Below are positions 9,376-18,232 of a stretch of 64,000 bases of DNA, piece after piece. The number at the start of each line of letters is the position of its first letter. The first letter of the stretch is position 1. The translations under genes were made by a program, and so were the position numbers. This stretch comes from a virus. Below the pieces are notes generated by a model that saw nothing but the letters and a program-made list of their open reading frames with translations, searched no databases and had not been told where the DNA came from. The DNA lies in IMG/VR virus record IMGVR_UViG_3300025082_000006, positions 7,104 to 71,103 of that record; one strand, given 5' to 3'.

Positions 9376-10236
9376 TTATGATATTATTAAATTTTCTAGT
9401 TGGCCTCCGGCCATCCAGTTTAAATCAACTCTTCCTTTAATGCCGGGACACGCGCCAGATCCACTGTACTGCCACACATCCCACTCTTGCCAGCCTTTGA
9501 GTTGTTTTTGTGGGCCCACTAATCGCTCCTTACGAATATAGTTGGCCCACCAGACTGGGTATTCGGTAAACTTCTTTCGGTCTTCTTCCTTCGCGCCTCG
9601 GATATAAAGATTCCAGGCCCAGCGCGCTGAGTAGACAATGGCCTTGACGCCCCACTCTTGCTCAGCGAGAGCTAGCCACTCTAGATACCATTCTGCGTTG
9701 TACTGGTCGTCAGTTTTCATTCCTGCTTCAAGATCAATCGCTGGTACCAAATTGCCAGGCTTCAGGCCTCCCACTTGCTCTAAGGTGTCGCGGAAATGTT
9801 TAAATTCTGCACGCGCATCTTCGTGGGGGGTATCGTACTTATTAAAGTCTGGTCGGGCAAAATGATAAGCGCCCACAATTACATTATTTTCAACGGCGCC
9901 GTTATACCGCTCTACCCAATTACGATTAATGTGGGTTTGGCCCTCGGTTGCTTTTACCCAAGCAAATTTTATTCCAGCTTGAGCAGCCTTGCTCCAATCC
10001 ACTGTGCCATTGTGGGAACTAACATCTATTCCTGCAAGAACCTCGATTCCCAAACTTTTCAAAGTTTTGGGACCAGCCAATCCATCAACAACTAATCCGT
10101 TGGCGGTTTGGTATTCTATAACTGCCTTTTTTGTTTTGGGGCCAAAATCACTATCCGCGTCGATGTTAAGATTGGTTTGTAATCTTCTTACTTCTTGGCC
10201 GTTGTCCCCTTCGCGCAGAGTATAAATAAAACTCAT
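9376..10236 (-). CDS. Endolysin: peptidoglycan-binding domain + GH25 muramidase
   Basis: LREGDNGQEVRRLQ...DFGPKT...VDGLAGPKT (PG-binding), GIDVSSHNG, KATEG, GAYHF, IDLE, WQYS, VDLN; ATG 10236. Confidence 0.93.
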   Translation of the reverse strand: MSFIYTLREGDNGQEVRRLQTNLNIDADSDFGPKTKKAVIEYQTANGLVVDGLAGPKTLKSLGIEVLAGIDVSSHNGTVDWSKAAQAGIKFAWVKATEGQTHINRNWVERYNGAVENNVIVGAYHFARPDFNKYDTPHEDARAEFKHFRDTLEQVGGLKPGNLVPAIDLEAGMKTDDQYNAEWYLEWLALAEQEWGVKAIVYSARWAWNLYIRGAKEEDRKKFTEYPVWWANYIRKERLVGPQKQLKGWQEWDVWQYSGSGACPGIKGRVDLNWMAGGQLENLIIS

Positions 10237-10247
10237 AATATTTTCCT

Positions 10248-10994
10248 TTACCAGGTATGTCCTTTTTTGCTTTTCATCATTGCCTCGACCCATGATTTAG
10301 GTTGAGAAGTTTTCTTGTTTTCCTTAAGTTGAAAATGTTTCCCGCTAGCCCTCGACCAAAAATCAGCCGCATTGGACACCGTTTCCACGCTGGTCCAAGG
10401 ACCAGCCCACGCCTCTTGTATTTTATCCCCGCCTGCATCGTAAGCATTGATAATTTTAAATTCATTGCCTCTAGCTGTTGTTGCGGGTTCGCCAAATATA
10501 AATGCTTCCTGGTTATATTTGCGCGCCATTTCAGTGGCGAAATCAAATAAGGCTGCGGGGGTGCTTTCTTCTGCTTCCTCTCCTCTTCCGTGCGTTGTAA
10601 CTAGAATGCTATTTTCGGTTACATGAATCGGCTCTTCTAGTTCAACCTCAACTTCTTCTCCAGTTTCAGGATCAACTTCTGTGGTAGTTGTTTCTTTAAA
10701 GCCACCTTTTAATTCGGTATATGGAAAGCCAGCTGATTCAAAGTCGCTTCTAAGTTGGCGATAGGCTTCTTTGTTCGTTTCTCCTTCCCAGCCTTTCTGT
10801 ACTCTTTCGTGACGGTCAGAGGATATTATCACAAATGAATTTCCGCCTTCGATATGTTCTCTTACTCTATTGTAAGAACTCATTTCATTAATAAGCTTTT
10901 TTTCGTCGAGAGCTTTTTTAACTAAGTCGAAGATTTCCTTTTTGCTTACATTTTTTATTTTTACATTTTTGATATCCACATTTGCTTCCTCCAT
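10248..10994 (-). CDS. Hypothetical protein, probable capsid-internal protein
   Basis: Amphipathic leader KKEIFDLVKKALDEKKLINE followed by a globular domain; ACTAATTA about 78 nt upstream. Confidence 0.65.
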   Translation of the reverse strand: MEEANVDIKNVKIKNVSKKEIFDLVKKALDEKKLINEMSSYNRVREHIEGGNSFVIISSDRHERVQKGWEGETNKEAYRQLRSDFESAGFPYTELKGGFKETTTTEVDPETGEEVEVELEEPIHVTENSILVTTHGRGEEAEESTPAALFDFATEMARKYNQEAFIFGEPATTARGNEFKIINAYDAGGDKIQEAWAGPWTSVETVSNAADFWSRASGKHFQLKENKKTSQPKSWVEAMMKSKKGHTW

Positions 10995-11244
10995 AAAAAC
11001 AATCTACAATATTTTGCAAATGCTCACGAGCAATTGGGTACAACATATCTTTGCGATATTCCTCAATGTAGTAATTAGTGTGACACATTTTTTCTCTGTG
11101 TTTCATCGCATTTTCGTATATTTCATCGCAATGCCAATCCACTGTATAATATGCCCATCCATCCTCTTTAATCGTTTTATTTGTAATTGTTCCAAATCGT
11201 AATATTCTATGATATTCGTTCCATACTAAGTCGCCAATTTGCAT
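10918..11244 (-). CDS. Hypothetical protein (MQIGDLVW..., SH3/KOW-like start)
   Basis: GGAGG SD; N-terminus resembles that of 2404..2604. Confidence 0.65.
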   Translation of the reverse strand: MQIGDLVWNEYHRILRFGTITNKTIKEDGWAYYTVDWHCDEIYENAMKHREKMCHTNYYIEEYRKDMLYPIAREHLQNIVDCFYGGSKCGYQKCKNKKCKQKGNLRLS

Positions 11245-11253
11245 TTTTCCTCC

Positions 11254-11751
11254 CTATGCAGCCGGGATTTCTTCAACCCTTTCTACTTTTATCGGCTTAA
11301 ACCAGGCCACTATATCCGGATTTCCAATACTGTAAAATACTCCATCATATTCTTCTTTTATAGCATTTAGAAGGTCATTCCATTCTATTCCTTTTCTTAA
11401 GCCAAAAATAGGATGTTTAACTTTCTGAATAAAATCGTCAGGATCTTCTTTCAAATTATAAACTCTTGAAGATGATACTTCAGTTTTAAATAATTTTCGT
11501 CCGTACCCTTTTGATATTAAGTGTTCCGTTTTGTTCGGGTCTGTATAGAAAAAAACTCTGGGAACATCACTAATTTCTTTTTCTTTGCGACTGTGCGAGC
11601 TTGTATTAGAAACAAATTGATCTGGGTCTAATGTAAAATCATACTCGTCGCTTTTACTATAATGATAGAGATGTATTGTTCCATCTAAATTATAATCAGC
11701 CAACCTTGATTCTAACAGAAAATTTTTAAAATTTTTCATGAAATTTTTCAT
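11254..11751 (-). CDS. Putative ADP-ribosyltransferase-fold protein with capsid-targeting-like leader
   Basis: MKNFMKNFKNFLLE leader; LYHYS...VFFYTD...YDGVFY...VAWFKP pattern reminiscent of ART-PolyVal domains. Confidence 0.5.
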   Translation of the reverse strand: MKNFMKNFKNFLLESRLADYNLDGTIHLYHYSKSDEYDFTLDPDQFVSNTSSHSRKEKEISDVPRVFFYTDPNKTEHLISKGYGRKLFKTEVSSSRVYNLKEDPDDFIQKVKHPIFGLRKGIEWNDLLNAIKEEYDGVFYSIGNPDIVAWFKPIKVERVEEIPAA

Positions 11752-11762
11752 GCTAGGCCCTT

Positions 11763-12041
11763 TTATTCGAATATTCCATAAACATAGTTTTCTAATACTA
11801 AATAGTAATGGTGATCACCAATGGCTATTTCTTGAACCATGCTCTCTTCAACTACTACTTTACAGTTGGTGTATTGCTCTCCAAACTTTTCACAGTCTGG
11901 GGAGACCTTGATTACTTTATATAAACCATGGGGCGACTTTTTTACGGAATAATCATCCGGCACTAAAACCAATGACTCTTCGGCGGGAGTTTCTGTTGTA
12001 ACCTCCTCCAGCAAAAGATGACGGTTTAAAGGGCTAAACAT
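11763..12041 (-). CDS. groES: GroES-like co-chaperonin (T4 gp31 analogue)
   Basis: FSPLNRHLLLE...LVLVPD...KVIKVS...YYLVLENYVYGI matches the Cpn10 layout. Confidence 0.7.
   Translation of the reverse strand: MFSPLNRHLLLEEVTTETPAEESLVLVPDDYSVKKSPHGLYKVIKVSPDCEKFGEQYTNCKVVVEESMVQEIAIGDHHYYLVLENYVYGIFE
11799..11806 (-). promoter_or_regulatory. Putative late promoter ACTATTTA
   Basis: Embedded in the groES-like gene, 48 nt upstream of ATG 11751. Confidence 0.5.
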
Positions 12042-12339
12042 TTTTAGTTCCAAATTGTTTTTCTACAATTTCGAACATATCATTAAGGTCATCAATATCG
12101 GCATCTCTTTCGTATAAACGATAGGCCTTTACAGTGGCCCAGATTTCTCCGCGTGTTAACCAGCCGTTATCCATATATTCTTTACGCAGATCTTTTTTCT
12201 GTTCCTTGTAAGGTTCAATGGCATGTTCAATGGCGATCAAAGATTTAAGATAGTTAATCACATAATGCTCTTTCTGTTGTTCTTCTGTCATTTTTTCGGT
12301 ATCCTCTACTTCTCTTAACATATTATTTGTTGTGCTCAT
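12034..12339 (-). CDS. Small helical DNA-binding protein (GapR/DUF2312, T4 DsbA-like)
   Basis: YLKSLIAIEHAIEPYKEQKKDLRKEY...GW...VKAYRL pattern. Confidence 0.5.
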   Translation of the reverse strand: MSTTNNMLREVEDTEKMTEEQQKEHYVINYLKSLIAIEHAIEPYKEQKKDLRKEYMDNGWLTRGEIWATVKAYRLYERDADIDDLNDMFEIVEKQFGTKNV

Positions 12340-12347
12340 AATTCCTC

Positions 12348-14207
12348 CTATGTAATTTCACATGAACCTCCGGCGCATGCTAGTTCGCCGGTTAAATTTG
12401 TATTGTCACTCGCTTCAACCACTTTGGTTAAATCTACTTTTTGTAGTGTCTCTCTCAATCGTTCGTATTCTTCACGATTACAATCTTCAAAAGGCGCTTG
12501 TTTATAAGTACCTCCATCATATGGTAACACACTTAAGCCATTATAGCAAGAACGATTTTCCCACATCCATTCCCCTACATTGTCCCATTCTTTATTTTTA
12601 ATGCTGATAGTAGCAGAAACATTATGAGTATTTTGGCCTCGCCTGTGCCCCGCGGCAACCCACTCTTCGCTTACTTTTTTTATTCTCGATAACAAATCGA
12701 TGGCAGTTTCATGACGTGTAATCGCTCCGTAAGGTGCCATTTGTGGTACACTAATTACCGCAGTATCGTGTGGCCTAAAAAATTCGTCTTCTACTAAATC
12801 TGGGTGGTGCATTTTTAAATAAGTATGTATTGCTTCATTTTTTCCCACCCTGATGCGACGAATATAATATTTATTATGCCATGCATGAATCCCGCTAGAA
12901 GTTCCAAAAGTTAAAGATGTAGTTCCTGCTGGCTTTACACACGTCATTCTGGTGGCTCGTTTAATACCAATTAATTCTGCTACTCGCTTGTTTTCCTCTT
13001 TTACAGCTTTGGCGGCTTGTTTCATATCAAGTTTTAAGGCTTTACCAGATGCAACTCCTGTCATACTTACACCAATGAGAGCATCTCTTTCTGTGTTTCT
13101 GCGCCAGACGTCGCGAAGATAATGAAAATCTGTATAACTAGCTTGAAGCGTACCGATAAAAGTAGCTGCTTTGGCTCTTTCTTCATAGTCTTCTTGTGAA
13201 TAAAGGTTACTGGCATTGATCTCTGTCAAATTGCAAAACTGATGGGGGCGCAGTGCGATTTCGCAGCACGGATTCGTTCCCCAATCTTTATCATTTGTAA
13301 AATAAAAGCCTGGTTCGCCTGCGCCGCTAGCCTTCACTCGTTCCCACAAATCTTCAAAATATTCTTTTGTAATACGATGGCGCATTAATACTACTGAATT
13401 ATTGGCTCGGCCTCTTTGTGGGTTTTTTTCCCACCAGTTTCCTGTTTTGGCGGCGATCATTTCGTCGTCTTCCGCGCTAAATAAAGAAATTAAGGCGGCG
13501 CGGCGGATTCCACCCGCAAGCACAGCGTCTGCTATATGACAAATAATATCATGAACTTCAATTGGCTCTAGCTTATCGCCGCTTTCTTTGTGATTGAAGA
13601 TGCCTTCTACTTTTACAAGGCATTCACGCAAAGGCTGTGGGCCAGGAGCTTTTCCTCCAGAAGTAAGAAGGCGTTCGCCTTTTGCTCTAATGTCGCTGTA
13701 GTCAAAACGTATTTTTGAGCCGCCCTTAAAATAACTTCCCGCCAACGCTTTAACGGCATCGGCCCAGCCTTCAATCGAGTCGGCAATTAAAAATCTGCGA
13801 CTTCGTTTTTCATTTGGCCTTTGAATCTCCGGGAGGCTTTCAACGTGATGCCTCTGTACACTGTATCCGACTCCGGTGCCTCCTAAAAGCAAGAACATTG
13901 TCTCGCTAAAAGCTCTCCAATCGTCAATTGGTAAATAGGCGCAATTAAATATTCTGTTAGGCGCCACTTCAATTGGCTTTCCTCCGAACTGCATTGATCG
14001 CATCGATGGAAGTACTTTCTTATCATATACAAATTGATAAACCTTTTCAATTTCTTCTTTTAAGTGAGGGTAAGTTTTAATGTGCATATTCTTGTTTCTG
14101 GTGACTAGCTCTTCCCACGTTTCGCGTCTTTTTTTCTTAGGGAGGTAACGTGCGTATTTCATATAAACTGTGATGTTAGATAATATTTGAGTTGCTACTT
14201 CAGTCAT
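12348..14207 (-). CDS. nrdJ: Class II (B12-dependent) ribonucleotide reductase
   Basis: PSMR, FNC, GTGVG, RRAA, TNPCCEI, CNL, KPAGT, C-terminal ACAGGSC; no small subunit adjacent. Confidence 0.9.
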   Translation of the reverse strand: MTEVATQILSNITVYMKYARYLPKKKRRETWEELVTRNKNMHIKTYPHLKEEIEKVYQFVYDKKVLPSMRSMQFGGKPIEVAPNRIFNCAYLPIDDWRAFSETMFLLLGGTGVGYSVQRHHVESLPEIQRPNEKRSRRFLIADSIEGWADAVKALAGSYFKGGSKIRFDYSDIRAKGERLLTSGGKAPGPQPLRECLVKVEGIFNHKESGDKLEPIEVHDIICHIADAVLAGGIRRAALISLFSAEDDEMIAAKTGNWWEKNPQRGRANNSVVLMRHRITKEYFEDLWERVKASGAGEPGFYFTNDKDWGTNPCCEIALRPHQFCNLTEINASNLYSQEDYEERAKAATFIGTLQASYTDFHYLRDVWRRNTERDALIGVSMTGVASGKALKLDMKQAAKAVKEENKRVAELIGIKRATRMTCVKPAGTTSLTFGTSSGIHAWHNKYYIRRIRVGKNEAIHTYLKMHHPDLVEDEFFRPHDTAVISVPQMAPYGAITRHETAIDLLSRIKKVSEEWVAAGHRRGQNTHNVSATISIKNKEWDNVGEWMWENRSCYNGLSVLPYDGGTYKQAPFEDCNREEYERLRETLQKVDLTKVVEASDNTNLTGELACAGGSCEIT

Positions 14208-15575
14208 TTACTTGTTCCTTTTCTTCCTGTAGTTTTTGTATTTTTCTTTAAGTGACTCTTCTTGTTTCTTTACTTCATTCTGCTTGATCTCATCATAAGT
14301 TTCAATTTGAGGAAGCACTTCTATCTTAACATTTGCAGTGTCCATGAAAATTGGGTAAACCAATCCGTCCGGACCGTTTCTGTTTTTGGCAACAAACATT
14401 CTTCCTCCGTTTGTATTTTTATGCTGAATAGTTCTAGAGATGGAAAATATAAAATCGGCTACAAAACATTTGTTAAAAGCTTCCGATATCGCCTCCATCG
14501 TAATTACTTCTGCGTTTAAGCCGCCGCGGTTTGTTTGGGAAGCTGTCCAGATCGGACATTCGAATTCTTGGGCCAAACCTCTTAGCTCTTCATAAATAGA
14601 TTCCAACTGATGTCTTTTCTCATCTTTTTTTGATTTTGCACGTAATAAATCTCCATAATCTACGATAATCATATTGGGAAAAATATCGCGCTGGCGTAAC
14701 CTCTCTAAATGATTACGAAGTGTCTCGACACCCGCAGATTTGGTGGGGTATTCTTTTACAATTAGCTGCCCATCTAAATCTTTGATCTCCTCATAAATTT
14801 CATCTTTACGATTAAATATCTCTCTGAGTGGAATGCCTGTAATACAACTATCATAGCGGGTGGCAACGGCAACATCCGCCAACTCTAAAGTGTAGTGTAC
14901 GACGGTTTTACCTTCTTTGATCGCCTGCGCGCCTAAATGAACGAGGGCCATTGATTTGCCCGCCCCAGTTGGCGCAATAACAACGCCAAGCTCTCCAATC
15001 CCTAGCCCCCCTTTACACAAATCATCAATAACTTCCCAGCCAGTGGTAATTGGACCACGGGCTATGATTTGAAATCTTGCTTCAAAGTCCTTGAGGTAAT
15101 GATATCCAAAATCATTATTGCAACCCAACTTCATCGCATCATTAATTAATTTTTGTACATCTTCAAAAGATGATTTCTTAAGGAGTGGAACAGATTTTAA
15201 TATTGCTTCCTTCAGCACTTGCTTTTTACAGAAATCAAGTGCAATATCTTTAATATACTTTGCATCTTGTACTTCTGTTTTTAAAAGACGTGCAAAGAAA
15301 TCTCTCACTTGTTTCTGGACAACTTCGTTCTCTTCGAGTACTTCCGTGCGGAGAATTGTAGTCAGGATCGAGGGCGATGGTTGCAATTCGTATTTCTCTT
15401 TATAGTCAAATATCTTCTTTACAAACACCTGAAGATATGCTAGTTCTAGGAAATTAATATTTAACACTTCCTTCATTTGATCGGCAAACTCTCTATCGTA
15501 AAGAATTAACTGACACATGTTCTCCTGGAATGCTTTTCCAAACTGAGAGAAGTCTTCTTGTTCATTATAGTTCAA
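14208..15575 (-). CDS. dnaB: Replicative DNA helicase (DnaB / T4 gp41-like)
   Basis: APTGAGKS Walker A, YTLE, IVKEYPT, IVDYGD, TASQTNR, KNRNG. Confidence 0.93.
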   Translation of the reverse strand: MNYNEQEDFSQFGKAFQENMCQLILYDREFADQMKEVLNINFLELAYLQVFVKKIFDYKEKYELQPSPSILTTILRTEVLEENEVVQKQVRDFFARLLKTEVQDAKYIKDIALDFCKKQVLKEAILKSVPLLKKSSFEDVQKLINDAMKLGCNNDFGYHYLKDFEARFQIIARGPITTGWEVIDDLCKGGLGIGELGVVIAPTGAGKSMALVHLGAQAIKEGKTVVHYTLELADVAVATRYDSCITGIPLREIFNRKDEIYEEIKDLDGQLIVKEYPTKSAGVETLRNHLERLRQRDIFPNMIIVDYGDLLRAKSKKDEKRHQLESIYEELRGLAQEFECPIWTASQTNRGGLNAEVITMEAISEAFNKCFVADFIFSISRTIQHKNTNGGRMFVAKNRNGPDGLVYPIFMDTANVKIEVLPQIETYDEIKQNEVKKQEESLKEKYKNYRKKRNK

Positions 15576-15584
15576 ATATGTTTC

Positions 15585-15764
15585 CTATCGTGATCGAACC
15601 CATCGGCAGCGAGTTTCTTTTTCGCCTTTCTTGTTTACTTTCGTGGTACAGACTTCTTCCCAAGTTTCAACTACTTGTATAGGTCTTACGCCCGTTGCAG
15701 GATACGGAATGTGGCACCCTCCGCAAAAAATCATCCCCGCTATTAATACAATAATCTTTTTCAT
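15585..15764 (-). CDS. 59-aa lipoprotein (not in ORF track)
   Basis: MKKIIVLIAGMIFCGGCHIPYPATGVRPIQVVETWEEVCTTKVNKKGEKETRCRWVRSR; AAGGAG SD; lipoprotein-type signal ending GGC. Confidence 0.75.
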   Translation of the reverse strand: MKKIIVLIAGMIFCGGCHIPYPATGVRPIQVVETWEEVCTTKVNKKGEKETRCRWVRSR

Positions 15765-15800
15765 TTTATTCTCCTTTGTTAAGTTTGCCGGTTATATAAT

Positions 15801-16610
15801 TTATCTTTGCCTTTTGCCCGAATAAGCGCATCCAGAACTCCTTCGACTAGTTTTGTAAGCGTCCTCCGCACAACTGATGTTTTCTATAAGTGCAAACAAA
15901 GTTTTATGTTTTCCCCCCAGGTGGTTTTTGTATTTTTCTAATTTTTCTCTATCTAAAAGTTCGGATAAAACAAAGTGAAAAGAATCGCGATAAGATTTTT
16001 TCGCTAGTAGACTCTTTAGCTCGTTGCAGAGTTTCTCCTCCTCCCCATGTACATTATGTTTCACGTGGAGAGCGAAGTCATTTTCATCCCACTCTTTACG
16101 AAGATAATCGTAAAACCCGAGATGTTGGAGTCGCTCCACCCGTTCCTGATAATTAAGAATCTTCCATTGTTTATCATATGCTTCATTATAGCGCTTAATG
16201 TGCTTCTCTACTTTCTTGGATGACCAATCTAGATGGTATTCGTTCAAAAGATTATGTTTCTTTTTCTTGTGTCGGTATCCTTCGCAAAAAGACCACTCTA
16301 TATACTCTTCTCGCTTTTCTTTATCTGTCATAGAAGCCAACTCCGCTTTTCTTTCCGCTGCCTGTTGCCGACATCCTACCGCAAATTCACAGTCACCTTT
16401 AAAGATATCAACGCCAAATCCTGCGCCATCGCAACCTGGCTGTTTCGTAGAGCCGCACCCTTCTCTATTACCAAGAAAATCAACTTTCAATTGATTGGCT
16501 GGAAATATATCATAACAATGTAAGCACCATAACTCATCCTGTTCTCTTATTTCTTCTCCAATGAATCCTGAATCTTTTTTTTCTATCAGAATGTTATTAG
16601 TTTTGTTCAT
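15801..16610 (-). CDS. Hypothetical protein with N-terminal Zn-binding-like domain
   Basis: WCLHC...CGSTKQPGCDGAG; AAGGAG SD. Confidence 0.7.
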   Translation of the reverse strand: MNKTNNILIEKKDSGFIGEEIREQDELWCLHCYDIFPANQLKVDFLGNREGCGSTKQPGCDGAGFGVDIFKGDCEFAVGCRQQAAERKAELASMTDKEKREEYIEWSFCEGYRHKKKKHNLLNEYHLDWSSKKVEKHIKRYNEAYDKQWKILNYQERVERLQHLGFYDYLRKEWDENDFALHVKHNVHGEEEKLCNELKSLLAKKSYRDSFHFVLSELLDREKLEKYKNHLGGKHKTLFALIENISCAEDAYKTSRRSSGCAYSGKRQR

Positions 16611-16631
16611 TTAATTTTCTCCTTTATTAAG

Positions 16632-16705
16632 TACGCCCGCCTGGACTTGAACCAGGGACATCCACCTTATAAGAGTGGCACTCTAACCTACTGAGTTACG
16701 GGCGC
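16632..16705 (-). tRNA. tRNA-Ile (anticodon UAU)
   Basis: GCGCCCG/CGGGCGT acceptor stem, anticodon arm CCACT-CTTATAA-GGTGG, T-loop GGTTCAAGTCC; no encoded CCA. Confidence 0.93.
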
Positions 16706-16721
16706 GTAATTTCACATTTTA

Positions 16722-16750
16722 ATTATAAATGAATAATTTTTGTTTGTCAA
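16722..16750 (-). promoter_or_regulatory. Consensus sigma70 promoter for tRNA-Ile
   Basis: TTGACA-N17-TATAAT exact, 16 nt upstream of the tRNA. Confidence 0.8.
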
Positions 16751-16758
16751 TGGGCTTC

Positions 16759-17550
16759 CTAAGATAATAAATTAATCGTAGTTGGGAAATTTCCTTTATA
16801 TGTATAGTTGCCTATATGCTGCAGCCTGATCCACGGACAAAGCCACACTTTGAGGCCTGCTTTTCTTGAATAGCGGCAAAACATATAGTCTTCAGAGAGA
16901 TAGCGCGCGCTATCAGGATCGATTACAGTATCAAAGTAGGCTACCATCTCTTGCTTATAGAATTCTTCATCTTTTCCAGATGTGTCAGAAACGTATTTAA
17001 GTTCTGGGTATGCATTTTCAAATTTTTCGAAGCACTCTCGCTTGATCATCATAAAGCCGGTGCCAGCTTCCGCCACTTCCATTGGAAGAGTGAGAGACAT
17101 TTTATTATCAGCAGTGGGAGTGAAAAAGAAATCGCCGGTAAAGCTTTCTATTTCTCCGCTTTTGGAGCCAAGATTTAAATTTCCCTTAGACAACGCTTGC
17201 ATTACTCTATCCCATCTGATAGTCTTTTTAGAGTACGGCCCACACATAATATCGCGGTCGTAGGCTAACATTTTTAAAACATCAATCGGGTCAAATACAA
17301 TATCGGCATCTATAAACATCATGTGAGTATAGTCTGTTTTTAAAAATTCGTGTACGCATACATTTCTTGCACGCGTCACTAAACTCTCATTAAAAAGAGT
17401 GTACAATTCAAAGGGCACTCCCAACTCTAAACACATTCTTTGGAGACGCATACATGCTTGCATGTATCCTCCATTACATTGATTCCCATACATTGGAGTA
17501 GCAATGTAAAGACTTTTTCCTTTTAACTTTGATAGATCTAATTGTTTCAT
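16759..17550 (-). CDS. GT-A fold glycosyltransferase
   Basis: IATPMY, ESLVTRARN, FIDADI (DxD), GTGFMMIKR, LSEDYMFC, HIG. Confidence 0.85.
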   Translation of the reverse strand: MKQLDLSKLKGKSLYIATPMYGNQCNGGYMQACMRLQRMCLELGVPFELYTLFNESLVTRARNVCVHEFLKTDYTHMMFIDADIVFDPIDVLKMLAYDRDIMCGPYSKKTIRWDRVMQALSKGNLNLGSKSGEIESFTGDFFFTPTADNKMSLTLPMEVAEAGTGFMMIKRECFEKFENAYPELKYVSDTSGKDEEFYKQEMVAYFDTVIDPDSARYLSEDYMFCRYSRKAGLKVWLCPWIRLQHIGNYTYKGNFPTTINLLS

Positions 17551-17768
17551 TCTTCGTTTTCTCCTGTTTTATTTAGTTCATATATTCTTGGTCTACTTTT
17601 TGAATATGTTACAGCGACGTGAAATGAATACGTACTATTTTTATTCTTTTTGATACCCACTTCTAAGTTTTTACATTTACAAAAAACTTCTGGGCTTTTC
17701 TCATGAAAGTCCTGTTGTCTAAACGCCTCATTGCATTCTAAACATTCTATTATTAAATAATTTTCCAT
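17547..17768 (-). CDS. Small Zn-ribbon protein
   Basis: CLEC...CKCKN. Confidence 0.65.
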   Translation of the reverse strand: MENYLIIECLECNEAFRQQDFHEKSPEVFCKCKNLEVGIKKNKNSTYSFHVAVTYSKSRPRIYELNKTGENEE

Positions 17769-17788
17769 ATCTCTTTTGGGCCTTTCTG

Positions 17789-17860
17789 TACCCCCGCCAG
17801 GATTCGAACCTGGAATAAAGGTTTAGAAGACCTTTGTGATATCCCTTTCACCACGGAGGT
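17789..17860 (-). tRNA. tRNA-Arg (anticodon UCU)
   Basis: ACCTCCG/CGGGGGT acceptor stem, AAGGT-CTTCTAA-ACCTT anticodon arm, GGTTCGAATCC; no encoded CCA. Confidence 0.92.
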
Positions 17861-17865
17861 ATGCA

Positions 17866-18114
17866 TTATTTATAATACTCGCATTTTTCTTCTGTCTGGT
17901 ACCACTCACATGTGGTATAATCAACGCACCAATATTCTCCGCACGTCTTTGTATTTTCATACCGCTCCCACAAACAACAGCGAGTATCACAAATTGTAGC
18001 AGAATTTACCCCGTAAGGTGCGTTGTAATCGCATGGGTACTCGGCAGGCGTTGACACCGGAGATGAAAAAACAGCTGTGTTCCAGGTTAGTAACCAAATA
18101 AATAATAATTTCAT
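17866..18114 (-). CDS. Secreted 8-Cys mini-protein
   Basis: Signal peptide MKLLFIWLLTWNTAVFS; Cys pattern shared with 18216..18509. Confidence 0.75.
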   Translation of the reverse strand: MKLLFIWLLTWNTAVFSSPVSTPAEYPCDYNAPYGVNSATICDTRCCLWERYENTKTCGEYWCVDYTTCEWYQTEEKCEYYK

Positions 18115-18124
18115 TTTTTTATAA

Positions 18125-18232
18125 CTATCTTTTTGAATAAGGAAGCGATTTTTCAGGATCGCAGTCGTCTACTAGCATTTGGCAGCCGTTCAAGAAGCCC
18201 ACAATAATCAATAGCCTAGTAACAGTATTCAT
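18125..18232 (-). CDS. 35-aa lipoprotein-like peptide (not in ORF track)
   Basis: MNTVTRLLIIVGFLNGCQMLVDDCDPEKSLPYSKR; LNGC lipobox-like; fills the gap between two genes. Confidence 0.55.
   Translation of the reverse strand: MNTVTRLLIIVGFLNGCQMLVDDCDPEKSLPYSKR

Noticed and set aside
18125-18215. Possible ncRNA with a GCGAT/ATCGC hairpin between two genes
   Set aside because: Better explained as a 35-aa lipoprotein-like ORF; no tRNA or tmRNA features.
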